Source: Tubiluchus corallicola (lineage: Eukaryota; Animalia; Priapulida). From it: a stretch of DNA of 64,000 nucleotides. Made by a program: the position numbers and the translations under genes. Of this stretch, positions 10,694 to 22,600 are shown in pieces; position 1 is the stretch's first letter, and each line of letters starts with the position of its first letter. The notes below the pieces were generated by a model. It was not told where the DNA came from. It saw only the letters and a list, made by a program, of their open reading frames with translations, and searched no databases. The stretch lies in the NCBI GenBank assembly GCA_030141605.1, contig JAQGDQ010000018.1:310001-374000 (forward strand), in the 5' to 3' direction.

Positions 10694-13600
10694 GTGTATT
10701 GATTATACACATTGCATAATAATTAAAATCATCAGTTATTAAGAAAAAGCTAACTGGTTAAAGAAAAGAAAAATGGCAGTTGACAAAAAAGTAACATTAA
10801 TTTTGCATTTCAATCTTTTCTGCCTAGTACAAGAAGAGACTGGATGCATCAAGGCAGCATACAGTAATAATTATTTATTAGTTATTATTATACAGTTACT
10901 TTAATTTAGACAGTTAATTAGTCAACATAATGCAAACAACTAATTATTATAACATGTTAGTCACACTATGCTTTTATTGTGTTGCGTCATATTTTCTGCA
11001 TGTAAAACTCAGTAAAAATGTACAATAATTCATACTGGGGTGTTTCACTAAAATTTTACCAGACACATAGTGTTTGGAATAAGATAAGCATTTTTTATTA
11101 ATTTAATGAAAATTCGCAAAGTTCGAGTACTTCATATTCCCATACCTAGCACTGCGTGCTGTCTCCTGCAGACCATCAAGTAAAGCCTGCATTTCATCAT
11201 CTATTTTCTTCTTGTACAATAGGGTCGACTCATCACGGGGTGATCGATCTTTACTTGGAGATGAATAACTACCAATATTCTGATAATACTTTTCAGGCGG
11301 TGGAGACAGAGGGCTGCTATCGCTACCTGCTCGCGGCCGAGCCAAAGGTCGGTCTCTGTCATGAGATGTGTCTGACTGTTGCCTGGTGAGCGGCTTTTGA
11401 TGGCTTTGCCAACCTCTGGGTTTTGGTGGCTCAGCATCACTCTTTGGCTGTTGATAAATGGGTGGTTTGTGTGTTGTAGGTGGGCCATCATTGATGGGTT
11501 CATCTCCAAGTATGTCCCTCTCCATCTTCTCTGACTCCTGCTTGCGCAAGGTCATGCGATTTTGTACCTCTTGCAACTCTGACACAAGAGCTTTTTGTTG
11601 AATTTCATCAATCATATACCCTTCTTGTCGAGACCGCAATTTCTGCTTCTGCTGAAGCAACCACCCTGTGCCCCCTGGTTTCATGTCTTCATCATCATTG
11701 GGAGATTGTGGTCGACCAGATGAGGGAAATCCATCCAACCTTTATGAACAATAATTTTCTCATTATCAAATTTGATTATGGGCTAACGCCTCTTTCCAAT
11801 TCACCAAAAGAAGGTGGAGTATGAAAAGATATTATGCAGTGTTAACTGGTATTGTTTGTATTAAAGATTAAAATGTGAAAACAAAACATTTATAAATTAG
11901 TTTGTTATTATATTATTACTGTAGTTGAGTTAGAGTTTCTGTAATGTTACTTTTCTAATTTCTTATGAAGTAACAATTAAGTGTTATGGCTAAAAATAAA
12001 TAGTTAAATAAGAAAACATAATTAAGTTAAGTGTTTGTAATTCAGAAGACAGAAAGCAATATTTGTACAAAGTTATAGCTAATAATATCGAGTGTTACAA
12101 AAATTACATAAAGATCAAGAAAAAAATAAGCAGAGTCAAGCAAATCAAACACCACAGCAAAGTGAGCTAATTAGCTAAGCAAAATACTCTGGTTAACTGA
12201 CAGATGCAGCAATAGGTGTTGTCAGTGCCATAGTTCTGGGTTGTCTTTTCAGATGTAATAAAATTATTAATGTCTTATTTTATAACATAAGACACGTCCA
12301 TTTTTATAAAACTATGCATCACAAATCACAAAGCATTTACTTTTTTAGGTTTTGCATACTTGCATAGTTAGTTCACTTTTAATGGCAGGTTGTTGCAGCA
12401 TCATCTTCTTGCTCCACATAAAATCAGTAAGGCAAAAGGACCAATCGATTCCCAATTTTTGTTTCACTAACAAACGTGTATAAGCATGGAGATTGCAGTA
12501 AGGCAGAATCACACTGGGGCAAATGCATTTTACAATATTAATGCTAAGACAACTCAGCACAGCCAGCACAGCAGAACAACATACATTCACATTCACAATT
12601 ACCCAGCTTTTAATGTTCAATTAGAGTATTTTTATACGGTAACAGTAACACAATGATGTCAACGATAATCATGATAGCAAGGTATTTGTGAAATCTAGTC
12701 GAAGCGCAGCATCACTTATCAGTTACCCAGATGGTGGCCGCCAAACCAACCTTCGATAATGCGGTCGGTCGGCGTCCGGATTGTAGTATCCTATATTGTA
12801 TCCAAGACTGGCATATTTGCGGGGTGGGGCAGGGGGTGAAGCAGCACCCTCGGGAGCTCCACCATAAACTGGAGAGCTTGAAGCAGGTTTCTGTGATTCG
12901 GTCAGTGAAGTAGTTTCTTTTCGCTCTGTTGAGAGATGGTGGGATTCTAACATTTGCCGCTGACTTTCTGTCATTGATCTTTGAGACTGTGATATCAGCG
13001 TAGTTTCTGAATCTATAGGTGTAATTTGTTTCCTGTATATAAGAAAGGATAGTTTTAAATAAATACCAGAGTTGAAGCAAGATTATCTAAACCCTTTTAA
13101 TGTGTAAATGGCTTCATTGTTTCTTTATAGTTTTCCTGTCTGAATGAAATACACTTTGCCTGAAGAAAAAGCCTGAAGAAAAATAAAGAAATAAATAAAC
13201 TTGCAATCCTAACAACGTACAAGCAATTATAAAAGATTAAATTTGAGCAAATTATCATTATAGCATTCCAAGATTTGGGAGCTAAAGGGATTGCTAAACG
13301 ACTGTGAAATGTGTGAGCATTTATGAATATCATGTTTGCTTTCAAATTTCACAATCATCTTTAACCAGAACAGCTACACTAGAGAAAGATATGGATGCAT
13401 GCAAGGGTTAAAGGTGTTTTTTATTTTACTTTAATAGTTTGTCTGTCAACATCACCTTTCTTTCTTGAAAAGTTTTAGAAACTTGATGCCTAAACTCAAT
13501 GTCAGAATTTAACAACCTCATTACATCACAGCTTGTCCGCTTTACTACAATATTCTTAGTGCTTGCAAATCAAAATCGTCCACAAGTCGGCATTGTTAAA

Positions 13601-16600
13601 ATTACGTTGATGCTACAAAGCAGAATGCGTCAAAAATTGGATCGAATATCAATTATTTTTGCTTTTTAAAAAACAAATGCAAAATATATTGTTTTAACTG
13701 CTTTCCCACTTCTTTGCCTAAAAAGTTAGTATTGCAATTACAAAAAACGCATGGTAGCAGGCATTTTGCTTGTGCTTTTTCTATTGTCAAGTCCCGCTTC
13801 TTGTCCTCAAGAGCCGTCTACTAGATTTAAATGTAACTTACAGGTGCTCATAGCAATAGTTCTTTCGTATAGTTGCTCAAGTGGTTTTGTAGAAATGGGG
13901 TAAAAGCAATGGCAAATTTTAGTGGCAATTTATTTATTTATCTAATAATTACAAATTTTATGTCACGCAATAATAACAATTTACCGTTGAGGTTTTGGAG
14001 AACCAAGCAAAAGCTTTGTGTGAGTTTCTTTCTCTTCTTGGTTTGGTCCTTCTTTACTAATTGTAGTTGTTGTTGTAACAGTGTAAACCCTATTATGAGC
14101 TGCTTCTGCCTAAAATACAATGTGTCTTTTAATAAATTGTGCAGAAACATCAAAATTAATGATTTAACAGAGTCAAACAGAGCAGACATGTTCATTTTAT
14201 TAACATATCAGGCATGTGTTACCTTGCAATGGTTTTAAGTGTGTTTGGAATAATCTCATGAGTGGATAATGCTTTTCCTTTAAAACAGTTAATAAAAAGT
14301 TTATATCATAATAGAAATCTTGCAGACTGAGGTCGTAGAGCACCTAAGCACACATACACATGTCCAAACACCTATACACATACACACCCACCCACACATC
14401 ACACTTGCATCTGTATGTATGCCTGGTTATGTGCATGTGTATGTATGTGCACCTACACTATGCAAAATACAAAACAAAGCACACCATCACACAGTCTGAT
14501 AATGACAGCAAATGTGTGTACTGTAGGCTCAGCTGCAATTAATTAATAACTGCTAATTAATACTGCTCGCCGTACCTCTGCTTTATGTTCTAAAGGATCA
14601 ATCCCAGCTGATTCTAACATGTCATTGAGTAGTTCGTCCAAAGAGCTTTGTTGTGCCGCACTCAAGTTATGCATTGGGCTCTTTGTAGGTCGTTGCAAGT
14701 GGGGAACCGTGCTAGGATTGGTAGGCTTGCTGGTCGGAACGGGATTACTGGGAGTCGCATACACTGGTTTGTTAGGAGTTGCATATATATGTTGACCAGG
14801 GTTACTAGAGACAGGATTTCCGATGTTGTTTTGATAACTAGGGTTGTGGGGAGGTGTCAGTGCATTTGGATTACTTTGTCCTGTAAAGAAATTAGGTCGT
14901 TGTGACTATAAAACATTGAGCTCAAGTGTCTAAATTTTTACCACTTGTCAAAATATGAATTCCTTGGTGTAAGCTGTTTTGTTAATATCCTACTGCTCCA
15001 TTGCCCCATTCAGGTTCTTCAGGCAAAAACATAGTTTATTAGTTTGCATTCCATTTAGTATGTCATTTCTTATACATACTGCTTGTTTGCAGTTTCGAAA
15101 TTTTAAAGCAATATTAAAAGAATAATTGGAGTATTTGCAGAACATACCAGTATGACCAGAGCTGCTACTAATACCGCTGTCCATGCTTGCATGTGGACCA
15201 TTAATTCCATCCTCTACTGTGACTGTACTCGTGATCTTACGTTTAGTAACTTGTGCATACAAACTTCCATCAACAGGACCTTCTCGGTGAGAAATGTTTT
15301 CTAGAGGTGGCAACCCTTCAAAAAAAAAGTTATCATATATCTGTATTTGATTGTACAGTTATATGTCATAACTGCAATACACTTTAAGTTTAGCATACAG
15401 ACAAGAAAGCAGAACTTCAATAATATTATCTAGAAAATTTGTTGCATCTCCATTTCTCATTGTTGCTATTATATAAAATCTCTCTCATTCATTATTTTAC
15501 TTTTTGAATTAAGTGATTGCTAAAAGAATTTAATAAAATTAAAAACATTACGGATGACCCCAAAAATGTAAAAAAGATATGAAGACATAAGCCTATAACC
15601 ATTTTCACGGCAAGTATAATATGTACAAAATTCAAAGATTACAGCTCTTATCTTGTTGCTTTTACGATCAATTCAGTAACAAGTTGTTGGTGCATAGCAG
15701 TGTCTTGCATTTCTAGGATTAACTCCAAGGATTTATCCCTCTTTAAGGCAAATTTATTCTTTATATTATACATTAAAATCATGCCTGTCCAATGTCTATG
15801 GTAGAAGAAACATGCATTTAATGATATAAGATATGATATAAATTTCGAAACATCGGTGCTTTTAACTTTTAAATCTTTTTTTTGTCTTTACACATCTGTT
15901 TTCCTTTACTGTTTCTAAATTTTAAACTTCTCAACAGTAAGTCAGTCAGTCAGTAAATACAGTATTCTCTAGTTGGCGAAATGCCAGAAAGGGGATTGCA
16001 ATCGTAACAACTATGGAGTAGGGGCGATCACCGAACATTTAAGTTTGAACAATTTTTTTAATTCAATGTCGTTTCGAGCCTAAAATTACGGATTCGAATA
16101 AATCACCACTTCAACTACATCTGTTCTTTATCATTAAAACGTTTGAAACAGCATGCAATCAACACAACTTAGCATGATTTCAGGGCACAATTTTTCACAA
16201 ATTATTAGTGTTTTTACTGCAGAACAAAATCTGCAATACAATAGTACAATAATAAACATGATTTTTGTGAAACTGCTTTTTATTTATGATGTAAAACTAA
16301 ATACGGATTTAAAATACAATTTTGAACTTTGGCTTGATTCAAGTTTGAAAGTCAAAAATTTGATTCAAATTGAATTTTTTTTCTGATAGAGAATATTTGC
16401 CCTGTTATGGAGCCTGAGCAACTATTGTTAGCCCCTCCATTGAGATTCTGAGAAGTGTTTTGAAAGACTGATACGTGTTCCCCATCTTATTTTGAGATAT
16501 TGTTATCAACTAATTATCCAAAATTTTTGTTCCAACTTGATATGTCTACTCATTTTTTCTTAGAATTTCTGCAAGACAGTGTTTAAGTAAGAAATTCGCT

Positions 16601-19600
16601 TAATAGTTGGTTCGTTTAACTTGTGTTTTCAGTGGGATGTGGAACATCTGTCATAAAAAGTTTGTGAATTTTCACCTAAATATTGTTTTTCCTAATATGT
16701 GGCAATATGTGCTTATAACAAGCAACAAATTTGAAAAATATTCCAGTAGTTCCATAGTCTCTACTAAGTAGCACCGTATGCTTGTGAAATTTTAGGAAGA
16801 ATGGTGTTACACGTTTTAAGATAAAAACCACATGCCGGGATTAGCTGATCCTATGCTGATTATTACAGTTACTACAAAGTAATAAGATGCAATGTGGTTG
16901 CGTCTTACCATCTATGCCATCCTCAGCATGCAAGTTGAAGTTCTCGTATGAGTCTTGTCGAACTAAAGCATCCATGTTTGTATCTACCGGTACCGAATCG
17001 TGATCACGGATAACGTAGCTCCTATCTGAAGTATTTGACAAAACTATCTCGACCCGTCCATCATCCAAAAATCTTGAATCTGTTGAATATATTTTTAGTT
17101 TTTAAAATTTTATAACACCAGGTTTAGTTATTAGCTGTTTAGTTTTGACAGTTATTGTTAAGTGTCGCAGAATTCTCCTACGTAATCTAAATGAAAATTT
17201 AAAAAAGTTAGTTTGAAGAAAGCCTGGTAAAAGTCTGATTTAATTTTCATGATAAATAGTACCGATATGATAGACAAATAGTTTTCTTGAGCATAGCAAA
17301 TTTTTCACATCTACTAACTGTGGGATCAGAGACTGCAAATGACTGCATTTGATCTCTAAAATAATCTTAAAAAGTATTACTGTGAATTACATTCATAGTT
17401 TTCATAATGGCATCATACGTATTAAGTAGGCCACATTTAAAACTTGATCTATCCATGCTGGTCAATCAGTGTGGACTAGACACACTAACCTTTTTACTTC
17501 CCCTTTACTTTTTTTGAGAAGGTTTTTGCAATTTGTTGGATGACTTATAACAGAAAATCTTCCCAGTTTACTTTCAGTTTAAATGTATGTATACATTTTG
17601 GTATGTTTCGTCAGAAGCCTGGTAAGTAACAGTTGAGTGGTTGATTTATTGCACCTTTGCAAAAGACATAAGACATAAAGACATCTTTGCAAAATCTTTG
17701 GCATAATATGGAAGAACCATGTTACCAACTCGCAAGTGCTTGACGTTGCTAAGGTCGCATTGCAGTCCACGTTAATACAATGCCGACTGAGATGAGATGA
17801 CCATCAGGTTAGAATGCCCGATGGTAGAATTCCAAAGGATCTATTCTATGGAGAACTGAAAAAAAGCATTCAACCAAGGGGCTGACCATACTTGGTTTGA
17901 GTGCTAAGGAAGGAACTGCAGTCCTGCAGTGTAGATGCCAAAAACTGTGAAACCACAGTCTTGGACAGACTTTACTGCTTGATGGGGTCAAGTGCAAATG
18001 AAGAGAGGCTCTGGCAATCATGGGAAGAGAAGCATCAAAGACAGAAGAATTGCATAAGTGCTGTTCAGCACCTCATTGTATTGACAGTAGAAAATCCTCC
18101 TCTTTTTGCATAAGTCTCTACATTCCTTAACACAAGTTAATCAGTAGCACAACAGAGTAAAACTTACAAATAGGAACTCGTACTCTACATGACCACATGA
18201 CACGATTATGTTTACTAACACATACCTTTACAAGCTTCATCAAGCTCACGCTTTTCAAACAAAAGCCTATCTGCATCAATAGCACAGGTATGAAACTGCA
18301 AACGAAACACAACATCCCTGGATACAGCTCTTGGTCTTTTGTGATAGCATTTGATGAGTATGTCACCTCGCAGCTGAAATCAATTTTCACAGTATTAGGT
18401 TAAAATAATATTTTAATAACTACAAATTAATATTGTGACTATATTTCAATATAAAATAGTACTGTGAGAACAAAGTACAATATTGAACTCATGCCACTGC
18501 TTCCCCATTTGTTTGGTTACCTAAGCAGCTGTCACAAACTAAGTAACATTTTCCAAAAAAGCCAGGGGATGTTCACATACCTGTAGCGTAGGTTCAACTG
18601 CTATAACGATAGTGTTGTGTCCACCAGTTGGCATGTATACTCCTGATGTGAAGACTGGTTGCATTCCTTGATATATCTTAATAAACGGTCGGCACCCTAT
18701 AAAAATTGTACACATATTGGTCATCTGTAAGCATTTTTGTATAATATAAAGATATATCATATATGTGATTTCAACAGGTTTAAGCAGTTTAGATATGTGA
18801 CTTTTTTAAACAGTTTAATCATCCATGCAAAGTGGTTGAAGCTAGCTTACCACCTTTGGGATCAAAGTTGGGTATACCATGCAGAATCACTTGATGCATG
18901 TAAACAGGTTGATTATTCATTTTAATGTTGCCTGAGAGAAGTCCAGAAAAATACTGAATATACCTGTTATAAAAAAAGTAATACCAAGTCTTATAAAAAA
19001 TGGATAGTTTTCTTTGATAAATAATGACATAAATAATTGAACAGCAGGAAAAAAGCAGTAAGAACAACAGAAAGTTAACAAAGTTAACAAATTTGTATTA
19101 TACCAAATATCTGAAATTCAATTCTAGTGTGACTGCTCCACCAAAGACTGGCTAAAACTTGTAACACCTCACTGTGTAATACCTCAGTGAAACCAACCAC
19201 ATTTCGAGTATCATGGTATACTATTTTTTAAAAAATGTGGTGCTTTTTTTAGTTATTAAGATACAAGATAAAATGCCTGACAACTTTAAATTTCTTTTGA
19301 GTCTGTAAAAGTAACATTATCTACTGACCTTCGTTGTGAAGGATGTGTTGCAGGGCAGAGCTTCTGATCGTAATAACGCTTCATTGCAAATCTATCTAGG
19401 GCATTATCAGCACTAAAACAATCAATGTAGCATTTATAATGCATAGTCTATATCTGATAAAACATGCACTATCTATTTCCACATAAATAATTCAAAAGGA
19501 AAGAATACCCAATGGGTGTTGGATTTTGTTACACTTTTGCACAACGACTAGATGTAACATGACATTCAAGCTGCTTATATACCTTGAATTGCCATATATA

Positions 19601-22600
19601 TTTATATATATATATAATTCTGATAATCATAAGCATTGATATTTTACCTAGCACAGATACTACAATAATGCATATATGAGGCAAGCACAACTCCCATTCT
19701 TCCTGTTGAACCCTGCAACACAAAACAAATTATGCCAAAAAGCCTGTGATTTACAGTTCAGTTAATGATACCTGTACGCTATACCTAGATAAAGATTACA
19801 TATTAGGTGTTTGCTTATATCATTAATAATATGATCTTATTTGAATTTGCACTTTTGGCACTAGTAAGAATTGACCAGGAGTGCAAATATTTCAGAATCA
19901 TCGAAAAAATTGGCTAGCAATTTGGCTAGCTAACAGCTGCGAGTGAAAATGTGAATTGTATTTACCTTAATTTCGATTTGCTGCTCTGGCACATGGGTAA
20001 TCAGCAATGTGTACAAATGTTATTGTTGCAAATACATGCAAACATAGTTGTAAGCACATTAAAAAGACTGTAATAATCTCATGAGTAAGTATAACACAAA
20101 TGTTTTACTTACAGTTCTTATTTTCTTGCTTACCATCTGATGTACAGTAATACTTACAGCAATCAAAATTTGACATTGCATGATTTTCAATTGATATTTT
20201 TGTAAAAATTTAAAAAAGATTTAAATTGCAGCAATGAAATATTGATTCTACTAATCTTTCGCAGTTTATTTTAACCGTTTAGTAGTTCTGTAAAACTAAC
20301 TGATTAGCTAATTTTGCAATTCACATTTATAACACGTCTTCATGGACAGTTGAAAATTTATTGCTGAAATGTGTAGAAACTAAAAAATCATTTAAACTTT
20401 GTTGGATAATTTTTTTCCAAAGTTGTATTTATATTACTTTTAGTCGATGGTTTACTCACCTTACAGTGGAGCACAGCAACATTTTGTGGATCAGCACTTA
20501 ACCAAGAGTCGATAGCTTTACAAATAGAACACAGGCTTTCTAACGGTGGGGCAAGATGATCAGGCCAACCAAAATCAACATACTGAAATAGTAAAAAAAA
20601 ACTCTTTCAATAACCCCCTTTGCAAAAAGGTTATTGTTAAAGATGTTGCATACATTAATGAAAGCTTTGTTTTCTAATGACGGTAATAATAGAACAACAA
20701 TACAAATGAATGTATCACATATGGTTCAGGCACGATTCATGAACATATCTAATTATAATATTTTTGTGCAAAGTATAGACTGTTAGTTAAAATAATTCTC
20801 TAAGACTTATTAGAGTTCAGATTAAATCTGTTTCTTATACATAAATAACAAACATTAATGTACTATAAGTCAAAGAATGCTGGAAAACTGGAGATGTTTT
20901 TGAAACACCACATCACCTTAGAATGTAGATTCTGCCAGTCTATGTCGGATATGTTCTAAATATTATAATTTTGAAATGGCAGAGCCTTAAACCTTTTTTC
21001 AATTGTGTTTCAAGATATTGAATGAGATTAAAAGTGCACAGGAACCTGCTACCTTGTCCTAAAAGTGAATTAGTAGTTCTGAACATACATGTTTGTTAAG
21101 CTTGGGAATATCATCTCTTCTTTCAGATAAGTTGAATATCTTGTATTTATCGTCGTGTTTCGTCTGTAACATATTTGTTACTTCTCTCAGACTAGCTTTA
21201 TATGCTGAATCCAGCCCACCAGGAGGAAATGACATAGCTATAAGTAATAAAATATAGTTTAATTAAATGTTGGGGCTAATATTCTAATTACAGTATCGCG
21301 AATGAGCTCGCTTGAATGTAATAACTGACTCCAAGACAACAAATAACTTATGATTTCATTTTATTGTAAAATATTGTTCCGAACAGTTAATTATTGACAA
21401 ATGTGCAATTTTGAAGGCAAGAATTCGAAAAAGATATTAACTTAGTTCAGGCATTTAATCCAACAAAGCTTTTTTAATATCATCAACCATCCAGTCCATG
21501 CTCTATATTTTATCTATACATGCCAACATTCATATATTTTTATTTCCATCTTAAAGATACCTTAATCATAAATATCACAATTGAAAGCAGTTTGACTCTG
21601 TAGCTGAAGCTCTAAATGTAAATTTCTTTTTAGCACAAACACAACAATCAGAAGAGATGCTCTTTTTAAAAGGAGATGGGACGCAGAAATAGTCAAGTGG
21701 TGTTGGAACACATGCTCCAAAGAGTTAAGATCATCAGCACAGTTGGGTATGGAGAAAGTTCAAATAAACTGTATGATATTTAAAGCAGCACACATGTTGC
21801 ATTTCTAATTTTAGCATTTTATACGAAGAACGATAAACCTCTTGACGCAAGTTAGCAAATCACAAGGTGCAATGTGCCAAATATCTGCAGTCGACTATCA
21901 AGTGTAACACGATGCACACTTTATAATCATTACGTTTAAAACAAACATACATTATCTTAGGCTGCAAATGTATAAAATGTATAAAAAATCACGGAGTATT
22001 ATATACCTATGATAATACATGTTTCGTAAACTGCTAGTTTTAAATGTTTGGTATGCATATTAACAGTAAACTTACTTCAAGCAACTAATATTTGGTTTAG
22101 GCTGCTATTTTTAAAGTATCCATATATGTACTGATATTATTTTTCGAAGTTCTAACAACAAATTCGACTAAGTTTAACGTGAAAGAATTGACCTGGATTA
22201 CTAAGATGTGATTTTCTTTTCAATTTTGAAATAACGTACTGGCAATTGTAGAGAAATCACAACCCCAATTTTTCAAGAAAACTACAGTATGCACAATTAT
22301 CATGTTTTCATCTATATTAATGATCCTATAGCTGTACTTTATGGTTAATTGACATTTTATTGCATCTTACCAATCATTCGTTCTGTAATGTAGTGAATAT
22401 CCACTTCAAACATCTCTTCTTTGCTTGATCTAAAGTTGCAAATTAAATGCTTTTAAAATGTTTTATAGGCATGATTGTAATGTTAAACAATTGTATCTAA
22501 AAATAACAAATATATATAGATTTGTTTGCCTCTAATTTGTAAATGTTATAAATACACAAAACATTTCAGGTATTCTAGGTAAGACTATTGAAGGGAGCAG

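Noticed and set aside
16019-16407. Possible old hAT-type MITE with TTCGAA-like motifs
   Set aside because: Terminal inverted repeats too degenerate to define.
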